Part shown: positions 29,612-45,044 of the stretch, piece after piece | Layout of the letters: each line of letters starts with the position of its first letter | Position numbering within the stretch: the first letter of the stretch is position 1 | From: Neocallimastix sp. 'constans' | Taxonomy: Eukaryota | Assembly (NCBI GenBank): GCA_050613775.1 | Contig: JBODTK010000015.1 | Location: forward strand, 248,001 to 312,000 | Direction of reading: 5' to 3' | Length of the DNA stretch: 64,000 nucleotides | Notes under the pieces: model-generated | The model's database searches: none | What the model was told of the DNA's origin: nothing | Seen by the model: the letters and a program-made list of their open reading frames with translations, nothing else | Program-made: the position numbers and the translations under genes

Positions 29612-30840
29612 ATGGAAGAAAACATAACTATTTATATAAGTTAGTCTAACAGAGGAGAAGAATAAATCATTATTAATAAACAATATAAATTTAATTTTTC
29701 ACATTCAAGGAAAGATAATTCAAGAGTTTATAAATGTACCGAATATAAAAAAAATAATGAATGTAAATCTTTTATTATTTTAAATAATGAGAAAGAAATC
29801 TTAAAATATAAGAGTTTACATAATCATCCTGGAAACGAATACAGTGTATCCCTATCTGTAATGAAACATAAAATTAAAGATGAAATTAAAAAACATTCAA
29901 ATCCTTTTGATATAAAACGAAAAAGACCATATAATGAAATTTCTAAAGAAATGGGATTTATATATCCGTGTCCAGAATATATTTCAGTTAAAACTCTAAT
30001 ATTAAGAAGTATTAATAAAAAACTACCATCCATTGTAACAACTTTTAATGAAATTCCTAATGAATATGAATATTATAAAACTGAACGAAATGAAGATTTT
30101 ATGATATTCAAAAATTCTGATTTAGTAATTTTTCAATCCCCTTTTCAAGCAAAATTATTTAAGAAATATAATAATGATATATCTGTGGATGGTACTTTTT
30201 ATATCGCACCTAAATTTAGTCAACAAGTGTTTATTACTAGAACTTACGTTAAAGAATTGAATAGTTTTTATACTACTACTTATGCAATATTAAGAAATAA
30301 AAAGCAAAAAACATATAAAATATTATTCAATAAATTAAAATAAAATTCTAATAATAATATTATAACTGAAGCAAAAAATGTACATTGCGATTTTGAAAAA
30401 GGCATATCCAAAGTAGTTAAAAAAATATTTCCTAATATAAATATTAAATATTGTTTGGCATTATAAAAATTTATTAGAAATTAAAAAAAATGAATTGTGC
30501 CGTAATGAAGTGAACGATGATGAAAAAATATTTAATTATTACAAAGGAATTTCAAACTTACCATTTATCAACCCTGAATACATAATGGATATTTTTTTCA
30601 TTAATTAAAACTAAATCCATTGAAAAAAATTCTTGTCAATTTTTAAAATTTTTAGAATATTTTTATGAAACATATTTATTTGGTTACGATATGAAAAGTT
30701 GGAATTATTATAATAATATTGAACATATAACCAATAATGCTTCAGAATCACTTAATAATTCTTTAAATAAACTATTTCCAATGAAACCAAATTTTTATGA
30801 ATTAATAAATAAATTAAATGAACAGGAACATTTATTATAG
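29612..30840 (+). pseudogene. MULE transposase pseudogene (FLYWCH/WRKY-like Zn finger plus DDE domain)
   Basis: ATG at 29612; YKCTEY...CKSFIIL...HNH; catalytic motifs VDGTF, HCDFEKG and TNNASES. In-frame stops (e.g. 29642, 30341), frameshifts after ~30450, and a truncated C-terminus. Confidence 0.9.
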
Positions 30841-31595
30841 TTTAAATAAATATTCTATAATTTTATTATTATAATTAATTTTATTAATAATTATTTAAAT
30901 ATTTTATTAATATTTTTTTTAAAATAAATAATCCTATATTTTTATACTTTATTATTAATATCAATAATATATATTTATATTTTTATATTTTATTATTAAT
31001 ATTTATAATTAATTTTATTAATAATTGTTTAAATATTTTATTAATATTTTTTTTAAATAAATAAATCTATATAATTGTTAAAGTATTTTAATAATATTTT
31101 TTTTTTAAATAAATAAATCTATATAATTGTTAAGGTATTTTATTAATATTTTTTTTTAAATAAATAAATCTATATAATTGTTAAGGTATTTTATTAATAT
31201 TTTTTTTTAAATAAATAAATCTATATAATTGTTAAAGTATTTTATTAATATATATATATATATATTTTTTTTTACAAAAAATAAACCTTTTAATTGTTTG
31301 AATATTTTATTTTATTTTATTTTTTTTTTTTTTGTAAAAAAATATTTATTTTTATCTAACCATTATAATTTATTTAATTATTCACTTAATAAATTTTAAG
31401 AAAAAAATTACAAATTAATAATACAGCAAAATAGTATCATATAACTATTAATTTAAAAAGCCTCAAAATTTGATATATCACGTGAAAAAAATTGGCGTTT
31501 TGGACCTCTCCCTATATATTTATATATTTCTTCCAAAATAATTTTAATTCATTTTATTATTTAAAAAACAAAAAAAAAACAAAAAAAAAACAAAA

Positions 31596-31647
<52 letters not shown>

Positions 31648-31911
31648 AAGTCTAAAGTCATTTATAATTAATAATAATTAATAAATAACATAATAAACAA
31701 AATTTTTATATAGAGATTCTTATTAAAAATTAATAAAATAATAATTTTTTTTTTTTTTTTTTTTTTTTTTTGAAAAGTTTCAAAAAATAAATTAATATAA
31801 TTAGAAAGCTTTCCAATTATAATTTTTATTTTTTTTGTTTTACGTTTTTTACTTTTTATTTGAATTATTAACCCAAATTGGAATCTTTCTATATATATAT
31901 ATATATATATA

Positions 31912-31945
<34 letters not shown>

Positions 31946-32293
31946 TTTTTGAATATATTTAATAAGTTAATAAAATATCAAATAACTTTTTTTTTTGGAA
32001 TATTTTTATTATAAATTAAAGAAGTAATTTTAATTATTTTTTTATGAAATATTTAAATAAAAAATATTTCAATAATTTGAATATAAAGTTTATCTCACAC
32101 TTCATTTAAATCTATAATGAATAAAAAAATAAAACCTTATTTATTATTACTAATTAAATAATTATTTTTATATATTATTTTATTTAATTTTAAATAAACA
32201 ATACATATAAATTTTTTTAACAGTTGGTCATATATAATATTTCTAGAAGTAATTAATTTTATTAATTTTTTTTTTTTCTTCGAATTTCATTTT

Positions 32294-32354
<61 letters not shown>

Positions 32355-32504
32355 TTAAATTCAATTAAATTTTATTTTATACTAACTTAATATAGTCCAA
32401 TAGAGCTACTTCCATATTTTCTCAACTTATATATACATATATATATATATATAATTTTTTTTTTTTTTTTTTTTATTTTTTTGTAATAAGAAAGTATTCT
32501 AAAA

Positions 32505-35213
32505 ATGTCAAATTCAATACTGAGGCTGTATCAATATATTAAAATAATACTACTTTTTTTAACAATAACTGTTAAAGTAGTATCATCGGAAAAAAAGATA
32601 ATCAATATTTTAATGAAACAACCCAATATGCCATACACTTTAAATACTGAAGAATGGAAATTAGAATACGAGGAAAAAATAAATGAATATTTTTTTGAGA
32701 AAAGTCATCAAAATTCAATATTAAAAGATGTTGAATTAAGATTTAATTTTATCGATTATGTAATTTATGAATATGAATTTTATTTAACTACTACATTAAT
32801 GATGGAGGAATGGGTTAATGGAATAAATGATTTGATGATTTTTGATGACCGATTTTTATTAAGTGAAGTAGCCTTTATGGAATCCGATTGGCCTTTAAAT
32901 GAATTAAATAATAGAAAACCAAGTATGAATTTATTGGAAGAGTTATCTAATTATATTTCAGATTATGATCTTTCCTTTCATGATTCTAAAATTTTTAACG
33001 ATGCAATGAATGAAGGAAAAATATATGGTTTACCTTATGAAATGGATTTTAATGTTCTCTATTATAAAAATGAAAATGAGAAAGCGAAAGAAATATTAGA
33101 GGATATAGAAAATTTAACATGGAAGGATACATGGAATAAATTAAAACCTTCATTTCCTCTAGAAATCGGTCTTGGTGATGATGATTCATTTTTGGATTTT
33201 TTTGCTGAATATGCTAATAATTATTATAATACAAGTAAAGAGTATGATGACAAACAATATAAATTATTTTATAATGATACAGGAAAGGAATTATTGAAAT
33301 CGTTTTATGATTTTTTAATTGATTTTGGTGAAAGTAATGAAAATAATGAAAGTAATGAAAGTAATGAAAGTAATGAAAGTAATACACTTCAACAAAATGA
33401 GGATGAGGATGAGGATGAGCCATTAGCAAATACTCTTTGGTTGAGTTATGATAATGCCTATCTGTCATTCATGAATAATAAGTCAACCTTCTATCGAGGT
33501 AGGGCATCGCATTATCCAGCTTTTCAAAAAGATGATAAAGGAAAATCAATTAATAATATTTCAGTTTCTCTTCCACCAAAACATATAAGTACTGTTACTG
33601 AAAGATACGTAGTTGTTAATAAATGCAGTAAACAGGATAAAAAATTATTAGTAGACATTGCATTAGAACTTACTTCGAAAGAAATGCAGTTATTTCGAGC
33701 CAAAAATTTTGGAAGTATACCGACATTTAATATTACAAAAATGAATAATGATTCGATCATCGAATCCTATTGCAAGCTTCAGCCCACTATATGTCATTTT
33801 ATACAAAATATGAAGAGGCTCTATTTAAAAGATATTTTTAAATCAAAATATTCTGTACCATTCTATGAAATAAGAGTTAAGATGCCAGTAATGTTTAAAC
33901 AATATTTATCCGTAAATAAGGATGCATTTGTTGATATAGCATTTAAAATATTTCAAAATTTATTTGAACTAAATACTTACTCCTTAGGAATACAAATACC
34001 TTTAACATATATAATAACAAGTACTGTGGCTATTACTTTCTTTATTCTCATATATTTTATTCGAAAATATAGAAATCATCCGTACATAAGAGTAGTTTCA
34101 CCTAACTTCTGTATTATGATTATTATTGGCTGTACAATAAATATGATCAAAGTTTTAAATTGTCTTCCTCCTTATACCATATTTAAAATAAAATTTTTTT
34201 ATGTTATTGAAGCTCTTGGTACAGGTTTGATTTATATTCCAATGATTGCTGTGACTTATCGTATTTTTGCAATTTATCAAACAAAATCATTTAATTCTGG
34301 CTATTTGACTAATAAAATACTATATATTGCGGTGGGTACTTTGATTTCATTCATTGTAATATATAGAATAATTGTTACATTAATTTATGAATTCAGTTAT
34401 ATGCCCTATGGTAGTATTTCCCATTCTCGATATCCAATGTTCTATTTTGAAGCTGAAGAATTACAATTACGTTTCTATCATTCATTCTTTTATGTTATTG
34501 TAAGAATTTTATTTATTTATTTATTTTTATTTTTATTTTTATTTTTATTTTTATCTTTAAAAGAATTTTTATATTTTCATTTAATAAAAAGAAGTTATAA
34601 AATTATATTTTAGAAATTAATATTAATAATTATTATTAAAATAATATATAAATTTTGATATATTTAATATAATTAATAATTATTTTTGTAGATAATTTAT
34701 ATATTAAATCTATTAATTTAATATATAAATTAAATATAAAAATAAAATATAAATTTACTAATTTTTTTTTTTAATAAATGTTACTAGTTCATTGTTTTAT
34801 TATGTATGATAATAACATTGGGAAATATTTCAAAAAAATTTGGAGATATAAGTTATATTTTTGTAACTTATATCATTAATATATCAAATTTTATTGTAGA
34901 AATGTTATTAGAATCTTTATCTCTTGAATATTTTGAAAAATCGTTTTTAGTCATTATAATTTTTAATGATATTATTACGATGGTTTGTGTATATCTTTTA
35001 ATTGGTTCAAGAATAATTTTCATTAAAATTTATTCTGGTGAGAAAACAATAGTTAATTTGTATCCAACGCCTAAAAATATTACAGATTTTGTTCCATTAA
35101 AGAAAAATAAAAAGAATCGTTTCATTATGCAGGAAGCTAGTACATGTAATAATGGCAATTTTGATAATGAAAACATTAGTTTTAGCAATTATACTCAAAC
35201 CAATAATATTTAA
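32505..35213 (+). CDS. Class-C-like 7TM receptor with an N-terminal bacterial-type extracellular solute-binding domain, ~806 aa, 2 exons
   Basis: Exons 32505-34499 and 34788-35213 (GT-AG, in frame). Signal peptide; SBP-like motifs GKIYGLPYEMDFNVLYY, LTWKD and LTSKEMQLFRAKNFGSIPT; then hydrophobic helices with YRNHPYIRVVSPNFCIMIIIG and VTYRIFAIY, typical of class C 7TM domains. Confidence 0.88.
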
Positions 35214-35855
35214 TAAATCTATGGTACTATTTAAAGGTATATAAATAGCAATAATAATAGGATTGGTCAATATTATTTTCAGTAATAGGATATTTAAAAT
35301 ATATATATATATATATATAAATATATATATATATAAATATATATATCTTTTTTATAATTAAATCAATATATCAATATATATAAATATTTAAATATCAGTT
35401 GAATATATGGAAATTATCCAAAAAAAAAAAAAAAAAAGACATTTTCAAAATTTTAAATTATCATACATAAGAATATAAAAAAGTATTACATAGGATAGTT
35501 AAAATTTTTGTGCAGTAATGTTAGTTTAATATTAAATATTTATTTTTTTTTTTTTTTTTTTTTAATATTTTGCAACGTTGAAAATTATTTAAATAGTATA
35601 TATATAATTTTTCAATCATCAAATAAAAAACAAAACAAAACAAAACAAAAAAAAAAAAAAAAAAATAAAATTAATTTTAAAATTTTATATTTTATCTTTT
35701 AAATTAAAATATCATAAAGAATTATTAAAATTTTCAAATTTTTTATTATACAATAATGAATAGTTTTTTATATTATTAATATATTTTTAAAAAAAATATA
35801 TATATATATATTTTTTCTTTTTATTATATAATTCATCATAATTATAATTATAAAA

Positions 35856-35893
<38 letters not shown>

Positions 35894-36563
35894 ATTTAAT
35901 GTTTAGCAATATAATTATATATATATATAAATGAAGTAATTAAATCATAAATGATTATATATGTATTTATTTCTTATAAGCATTTTACATTTTTGATTAT
36001 AATTTATATAAATGCATTCTAATATATATAATATACTTATAAATATTTGCCTATACTATAATATGTTATTTTATATTCATATATATATTATTAAAAAATA
36101 TTTAAAGAAATAAATATAAAAATATTATATTGTATTTTTTTATTTTAAGGTCTTTCGAATATTATATGTAAAAAAAGAAATAATAATTAAAGAATTTTAA
36201 TTAAAAGAAATAAAAATAAAAAGAAAAATTGAAATTTTAAAAATTTAATTTAAAAAGTTTTTACTATATAAGGAAATTATTAAATATTCATTTATTTTTA
36301 TTTTTATTTTTTTATTTTTTATTTTTATTTTTATTTTTTTTTTAAATCATATTATAAATCATATAACTATAAAAAAAAAAAAAAAAAAAAAAAAAAGAAA
36401 AAAAAGAAAACATTAAGTTTATAAAGTTAAAATAATGAAATAAATTATATATAGAAATAGATAAAGATATAAATATAGATATCTATAAAATGTTATAATT
36501 TATTTTTTTTTTTTTTTTTTATTTTTAAAATAAAATTCTTAGTTTTAATTTAACTCTTTTAAT

Positions 36564-39500
36564 ATGGAAAATTACGTTACCAAAGAGAATAATTCAAATA
36601 GTTTAGCAACAACAAATTCAAAAAAAATAAATATTAATATAGAAGATGAAAATATAGCATCAAAAACACATCAAATAAATAATTCAAATGAAATTTACAA
36701 CACAAAGCAAGACAAGGAACAAAATGAAAATCAAGAAAGTCAAGAAAATAATAATACAGATAACATTAATATATATTATGTAAAAAAAGATTTTTCACTT
36801 ATATTGAAAAATTTGGATATACTTAATGAAAGTGGTGTTTCAGCTTGGATAAGTGAAGATTATAAAGGTCAAAATTTAATATTAAGAGAAATTTTGGATG
36901 GATTAAATAAGGAAACAATTAAACAGAATGAACTAGAAGTAATTATGGATAAAAAATTATTAAAAAAAATAAAAATAATATATATTAACAATGAAATTGA
37001 AAATTTGAAATTCAATTTTCTTGAAAGTATAAAAGGGGAAACCAATGAAATAATTAACATTGAAGAAGTATTAAACACTATAATAAATTATAATATTAAT
37101 ACAAATAAAGAAGTAATAAAATTAGGATATGAAGAATTATTATTTAATATTTATGATGAAAGTAAAAGAATTAAAATTGAAAAAGATATTATAAAATATA
37201 ATGAAAATCAAATCCTTTATATTCATAATTTAGAGGAAAAATTAAAAGAAGATTATCTTACAAAATTAGATATAATAAAGGAAATTAGATATTGTAAAAG
37301 AGAAATGGCCAAATTTAAATTTAAAGATTTTTTGCCTCAACTTCAAAAAAGTTTCACTGAAATTTTTAAAAAATATAGATTAAAGTTGCAGGATATAATA
37401 AATAATTTGCCAAAGGATTTTCAAAAAAGGAAAGAAAATTATTTGAAAAAAAAATATGATGATAAAATAGCACCTTTTATCAATGAAAGATACGAAAATT
37501 ATTCAACGATACTTCATATTGAAGCTAAAAATAATGAAAATAAAGATTATATTGAAGAAATAATGTCATTAATAAAGTTAGGAGCTAATACCACCCTAAG
37601 AGATGAGGATAACAAAACCTATATAGATTATATACCGGATAATATGAAAGAAAAATATTATTTATGTTTAAAAGATTCGTATAAGAAAGGTAGAAACAAA
37701 AATGCCGAAAACTTAAGATTATTGAAAGCTATAATTCAATATGAATGGTTTAAAGAAGAAAAAACTGAAAGCATTACAAAGTATTTTGATAATATTTATG
37801 AATTTGTTAGAGATTATATTAAACGTAAGAAAAATATGGAATCATTAAATGAAATATTAAGTATACATATTTGTCATGATGAAGATTCAAAATTAAGACA
37901 AAAAAGAGAACAATATTTTGAAAATCGTTTACAAAAAAATCAAAAAGAAATTGAAGCTAATTTTTATTGTTTAAATCACATGAATTTAATGGTAAATATA
38001 AAAGGAAAATATGTAAATACTGATGGTTCTGAAATGATATATATCAAAAGAAAAGATAAATTATCAGAAGAAAATAAAATTATTAGGAATTACCTTCTCG
38101 ACGATAGTAATGATGAATTTAAGGAGTTAAAACAGGAAATTGAAGATTCATTTAATATATTGAATAATAATGATTATGGAAGTACAATGAATAGCTTGTT
38201 AAAGGAAGATATCAAAAATTTTATAAAAGAATATCCTAGTCAAATATATATGAAACTTAGTACTGGAAAATATCTATTTGATGAAATAATATATCATAAA
38301 AATCTTTTTTTAATTAAACTATTTTTAAGATACGGAAGATCCTTAGATTACTATATAAACGATAGTAAATTACCTTTAGAAATAGCAGTAGAAGAAAATT
38401 CAACAGAATTTGCAAAAGAATTAATCAAATTAGGAGCAAGTTTAAATGTGAGAACTATACATGGACAAAAACTATATGAAATTATTTATGAGAGTAATAA
38501 AGACGAATTAAAGGATTTCACCAATAAATATTTAAATCCATCTGATTTAATTTCCTATACTTCAACTCATTCATTATTTCCAACAGAAAGTAATGAGGAT
38601 GTATTTGAACAAAATTTATATTTTGATAATAATAAAAATTCGTTAGAAGAACTGATTATATTCGATAATAATGATAATAAGTTATTAAATAAATCATATG
38701 GTATAAACTTTGAAGGGGAAAGAAGTAAGAATTCAAACTTTTTAGTTCGTTCTTTAATAAAATGCCAATTAGAAAATGAAACCTTTAGATTTGAAATGGA
38801 GAAATTTATTTCATTATTTAAAAAGAATATACCAAATATCAAAAATATAATTATTAAAAATTATTTCATATTAGCAAGTGAATATTTAATGACTGGAGAA
38901 ATAAAAAAATTTTTTGAAATTGTTGAGAAATATCCGGAAGTATTAAAATATAACCAAAATAATAAATTAAATTTACTATCACAAATAATTATAACATTAG
39001 AAAGTGATCATCAATTTGAAACGTTTGAAGGAATACTAAAAAAAAATCCAGAAATTATTAATAATTTAGACTACGCTACCAATAATACTAGTAAAAATAC
39101 ACCAATTCATTTATTAATGGAAAAAATTCGTCGAAACGAAAATGCGATCTCTATTTTAGAAAGATTATTACCATTTATTACTAATCCGAAGATATTAGAA
39201 TTTCAAAATAATCAAGGCATGACCGTTTTTGATTATGGATTATTAACAAATAAAATAAACGCTGTAAAATTGCTCTTTAAAAAATATTTAGAATTAAGAG
39301 ATCTAGAAGAGGAATCCCAAAATGTTATTCATATTCAGTATTTATTGATGAATGAAAATACTAATTTAGAAATTTTAAAAAATTCGATTGGAGAAATTTT
39401 AAGTTTAATTGAGGGTGAAGAAGAACGAAAAAAAGAGTTTATCCATATTTTGAATGATAATCAGGTTTGTAATAAGAAATCACCATTACACATGGCAATA

Positions 39501-42060
39501 TACTTAGTAGAAAGGATTAAATTAAAACAAAATGTTGATAATACAAATTTTCAAAATAACGGCCCATTAAATATATATCCCATTAATGAAAATAGAATTA
39601 GCGATTTAAATGAAATTATTAACTATCTTATAAATCATCCTGATATTAATTTAGATATTAAAGATGAGGAAGGTCGATCACCCCTATTTTACGCCATACT
39701 CTATAAAAATGACGAATTAGTAGTGAAACTAATTATAAAAAATAAAAATGTATTATTTAGCAAGGATAACAATGAAGCCACACCCTTGCATTATGTTGTA
39801 TTAAGTGGAAATATTACTATGGCAAAAAAAATAGTAGATAATGCAAAAATTATACTAAATAGACAAGATAGCTACGGCAGAACGGTATTACATTACTCTG
39901 CAATTAATAGAAATATTGAAATGTTAAATTTTTTTTCTAAACATCCTGACGTCCTTGTTGACATAGAAGATGATGATACCTTCAGGGCAATAGATTATTT
40001 ATTATTAGATTCATTGGATGACAATATCATTGAAATTATTAAGGAACTGTTGAAAAGAAAAGATAAGTGTCGAATTGCTTATCCAAGAAATGAGTTACAT
40101 ACCGCTTGTCAAAATAAAATTAATCCAGAAGAAGTGATTAACCTAATAATAGAAGAAAAAAGTGATCAGTTACCGGAATTAGTAATGAAATCAATATCGA
40201 GTGCAACAGGAAAGACCCCCATCGAAATGTCCCTTGAAAATAATATATCAAAAGATATTATTATTAAATTAATAAAAAAGGGGAAAGTTTTAGAAAGTAA
40301 AAAAGACGGTAGTAATGAAAAGGAAAAATTAATACGGATATTATTAAAATTTAATCGAGAAGATATTGCAGAAGCTCTAGGCATTTTGAAAGAATATAAT
40401 TCCTACCCAGTTGAATATCCTTTTGCAGAGTTAATCATTACACTTTTGAAATATTTGGAAGAAGATAAGATAGCGGACATAAAAGAATTATTAAATATGC
40501 CATCTTATATTAATTGTAGTCACTTTAAAAGTTATGATTATGCCATTGCTACCGACCGATATGATTTATTTAAAGTTTTCGTAACCCTTTCTGATAATCC
40601 TAATTTGGAATTAATTAAACAAAAATTAGTTAAATATAATGCAACAAACATTATAAATGGCTTGTTAAATGATGGAAATGATATCTACAGTAATGATTTA
40701 TGGAGTATATGTGATGATGAATTGAAAGATATTTATATCAATTATTACAAAGAAGAAAAAAAAAATAATAATAGTAATACGATAGAAAATGAAAATCAGC
40801 TCTATGTCAATGAAATCAATGTCGATAAAATAACTAAATTTTTAGAAAATGAATTAATACCGTTCAACGGATTACTGCATATGGCTGCTAAAAAAAATTC
40901 AATTGAATTAGCAAGAGTTGTTCTAAATAAAGCTAGCATTAATGGACTGAATGTTTTTGAAGAAAAAGATGTCTATTTACAAACCGCCAGTGATGTTGCC
41001 CTTAAAGAAAAAAACATTGATATCCTAGTTTTTTTCATCATGAAAGGTTGGGTTGTCGAGGAAATTAAAGATAATTTATTTTCTCCTATGAAAATGTTAA
41101 TGAACGAACAAATACGATTAGCTAAAAAAAATTATGAATTAATTCATGAGAATTTTACCGACTTTAAAATTAAAGTAAGAGAAATGTCATTAGAAATAAT
41201 TAATAAGCAAGATATATTGGGTAATACACTTTTATTCTATGCCATAGAAGAGGACATCGAAAAAGTTAGGGAACTCATCAAACGAGGTGCAGACGTAAAT
41301 ATTATTAATAAATTTGGAGAAACGCCGTTGGTTTATGCCATAAAGTATGCCAAGAGTGAAATAGTAGAATATTTAATTGGGATAGGTAGTAATATTGAAA
41401 TCATGCATAAAGGAAAATCAATGCTTCATTATGCCTTCCAAAGAAGATGTGATAATGGGGGAAAAGAATGTGAAACGAAAAATTCAGTGGCCTTATCGTT
41501 AATAGAAAGGGGAGTGATTGACTTTTCTCCATCAACTATAAATTGTCTTCTACGGTATGATGATGAAACTTTAAATTATCGATTAATTACACCATTGATG
41601 TATAACATTTTGAAAGGAAATAAATGCCAAGCCAAGAGTTTAATAGAATCTGAATGGATAAATATAATTAAACCAGATAGTAATGGTGTTACTGCCTATG
41701 GATATGCCAAAAGTAAAGGTTACCATGATTTAATAAATTTAATGATTCATGGCTATAAAGATTCTAAATTTGATCCAAGCATTGAAAAAGATCTTTTAGG
41801 ATTAAGTAATTCAAAACTGTCTATAAAGGTTAGACCCAGTTCATTATTGACCATATTGGGTATTAGTTCAGAAACGGTAACAACAGCGAATGATGGATCC
41901 GTAAAGTATGACTTACTTTATCAAACGATCGTCGATGAAAAAGAACTACTTCTACAGAGTGAACAAGAAATATTTTTAGAAAATATTCAATATAGTAAAA
42001 ATATTGGCGATGAAGGAGTGAAAGTCCTACTTAAAATAAAAAAGGATGATAATATTAATG

Positions 42061-42093
<33 letters not shown>

Positions 42094-42120
42094 GTGATAA
42101 TGATAATAGTAATGATACTG

Positions 42121-42170
<50 letters not shown>

Positions 42171-43343
42171 TTATGGATGACTGATATTATTAAATATTTA
42201 TGTTCCGATAGTAAGAGAGGAGTTAACGAATCATCAGAAATTAAGTTAAAAGAAGACAATGCTGTGAATATTCAACAAAAAGTACTCCCTATGGATTCAA
42301 TTACCATATTAAGTTCAAGAATTCCAAATTATTCATCATCATTTAATAATCCAAACTTCTCTTATAGTTTATATGATAATCGAGATAGACAATTAGATGC
42401 CATGGATGTTTATGGTGAAGTAGGTAGGAAGGTTGATGAAAAGGGTTGGTTACCAAATTATGGAAAGATTGGCGAGGGTGATATATATGCCTGTACTATT
42501 TATATTGATGGAATACCACTGACAATATCCGGCGATGGAGAGATGTTAAAAATTGGAAAGGAACTGTACATCACAAACAGGCTTTATGATGACCTCATCA
42601 AAATTCTTAAAGATAGATCAATTTTTGTGAAGGAACTTAAAGAAATATTTAATTCCAAGATAGTGGAAGAGGAGCTAAACGATAAAGGCTTAAGCCCAAC
42701 ATATAAAATTGAAAGAATAGGAAATGGAGAAGGTGAATCAAATAGGTTAGAAGTATATTATCATCTAGAAAGTATTATCCTCTATGGCACTCCTGGATAT
42801 TTCTATACTAATCGATTACAACAAGAACTATATATTATTACTAGTGAGGAGGCCGTACGAATTAAAAATTATGGATTTTTAATTTTCAGTAAGGAAGGAA
42901 TCGTAAAAAATTTAAAACTCAATCCCATATATAATTCCGGTGAAGTATTAAGAAATGACGTTCACCTCTTTGAAAAATACAGTCCATGGCTCACCCTTGA
43001 AAAAGAGAATACAGATATAGAAATTGAAATTTCTTCGCTTCTAGAAGAAAAATTGATCAATCGTTATTTACATTTAATTCCAACGAATGATAAAAATGAA
43101 AGGGATGAAAATGGAAAAAATGGAAATGGAAATGAAAAGAATAATAATGATGATCATGATAATGGAAGAGATAATCCCATCATTATCGAGCTACTTCATA
43201 GTCCACTTAAGCTACTATTAGCAACCGCAGGTCAAACCATTAAAAATTCCATGATGATCATTCGAAAAAGAGAATTTCTACAAAGTTTATTAATTTTGAA
43301 TAATAGAAATACCTCTTTACTGATTGATGGATTAAAATCTTAA
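36564..43343 (+). CDS. Giant ankyrin-repeat protein, 2259 aa, with an unassigned C-terminal domain
   Basis: Single 6.78-kb ORF with ankyrin motifs NTPIHLL, KSPLHMAI, GRSPLFYAI, ATPLHYVV, GRTVLHYSA and GETPLVYAI. Coiled-coil-like N-terminus and a Gly-rich, non-repeat C-terminal region. Confidence 0.92.
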
Positions 43344-43840
43344 TATCTTTTTTTTAAAAAAATAAAATAAAATAAAATATATAAAAAAAAGAAAAAAATT
43401 AAAAAATAAAAATTTATAAATTTTTTTTTTTTACAAATAGAAATAAGTTGATAAATAAATTAAATAAATCGATAAATAAACTAAATAAATCGATAAATAA
43501 ATAAATAAATTGATAAAAAAATTTAATAAATCGATAAATAAATTAATAATAAAAAATAATAATTTTTTATAAAAAAAAAAAAAAATCTTATCATATTATA
43601 TAAATTCTTGTTTAATAATGATATATTTATAAAATGAATCCTTTAATAATTATTTTTTTTTTATTGTTATTTTTATTTTTTTTTTTATTTAATATTTTTA
43701 TAACTTTTTTCTTTTTATATTTATTTCAATATATAAAGGTTTGAGAATTTATATTTTAAAAAAAAAAAAAAAAGTTAAAATATATATACTTTTTTTTAAG
43801 ATGAATATTTATAATTATTATCAGTTATTATTATTAGTTA

Positions 43841-44015
<175 letters not shown>

Positions 44016-45044
44016 TTAATAAAAATTAGTGGTATGATAAATTTCATTTTCCCTTTTTTTTTTTTTTTTTTTTAGACTGTTAAAATAATTAATGTGATTT
44101 TATATTAAAATTATGTAAATTTATGGTATGTCATATGATATTTAATAAAATAAAATAAAAATAAATAAAAAATTAAATAAAAAACAGAACAAAAATAAAA
44201 ATAGTATACATTAAAAAAAATTTTTATTTTTATTAAATAATAGTATTTAAGTATTACCTCTTTCTTTCTTTCTTTCTTTCTTTAAAGTATTCTATTAAAT
44301 ATTTTTATTTTCACTTTTTTTTTTCTTATTTACCTACATTAAATAATTATTTAATATCGTATTTCATTCACTTCTTTTCCCTATTTTTTTTTTTTTTTTT
44401 TTTTATTAAAGAATAATAATATATAAAAATTTGATAATATTAACTTCTCTATGATGTAAAGAAAAAAAAAATAATATATATAAAAAAAAAATAAGTTAAC
44501 TACTTCATTTCTTACGAATTAGTTTTATTCTATTTGATATTAATATTTAATAGTAAATTTTTTTTTATTTTAGAATGTTATTGTTTATTTTAAGAATAGA
44601 TAGTAAATATGTTAAAAAAATTATAATAATAAAATAAATTAAAATAAAATGAATTAGTCAAAAAAAAAACCAAAAATGAAAATAATATTTTTTTTTTTTT
44701 AATATGATAATTAATAAGAAAAAAAAATAAAATAAAATAAAAAAAAATAAATAAATAAAAAAACAAATAAGTAAAATTATTAATCTTTTTTTCTTTCTTT
44801 CTTTCTTTCTGGTATCTCAAAATAAATAGAATATCAATATATATATACTATACATTTATTTTTAATATCTTTCTCTATTAACTTTTATTAAAAGATGATA
44901 TATTGAAATATAATTTTATATAATATATATAAATGTTTATATATGTTTATATATATTAAAAAAAAAAAAACATATATTTATATATGATTTTTTTTTGATT
45001 TTTTTTTTTTTTTTTTTTTATTTTATTTTCTATTGATTTTAAAT

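Larger units (their letters stand above)
28010..31512 (+). mobile_element. Mutator/MULE DNA transposon with both termini
   Basis: TIR core ggtccaaaacgccaatttttt (from 28016) and its exact reverse complement ending at 31506. The flanks tatatatat and tatatattt are compatible with a 9-bp TSD but are low complexity. An internal transposase pseudogene is present. Confidence 0.85.
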
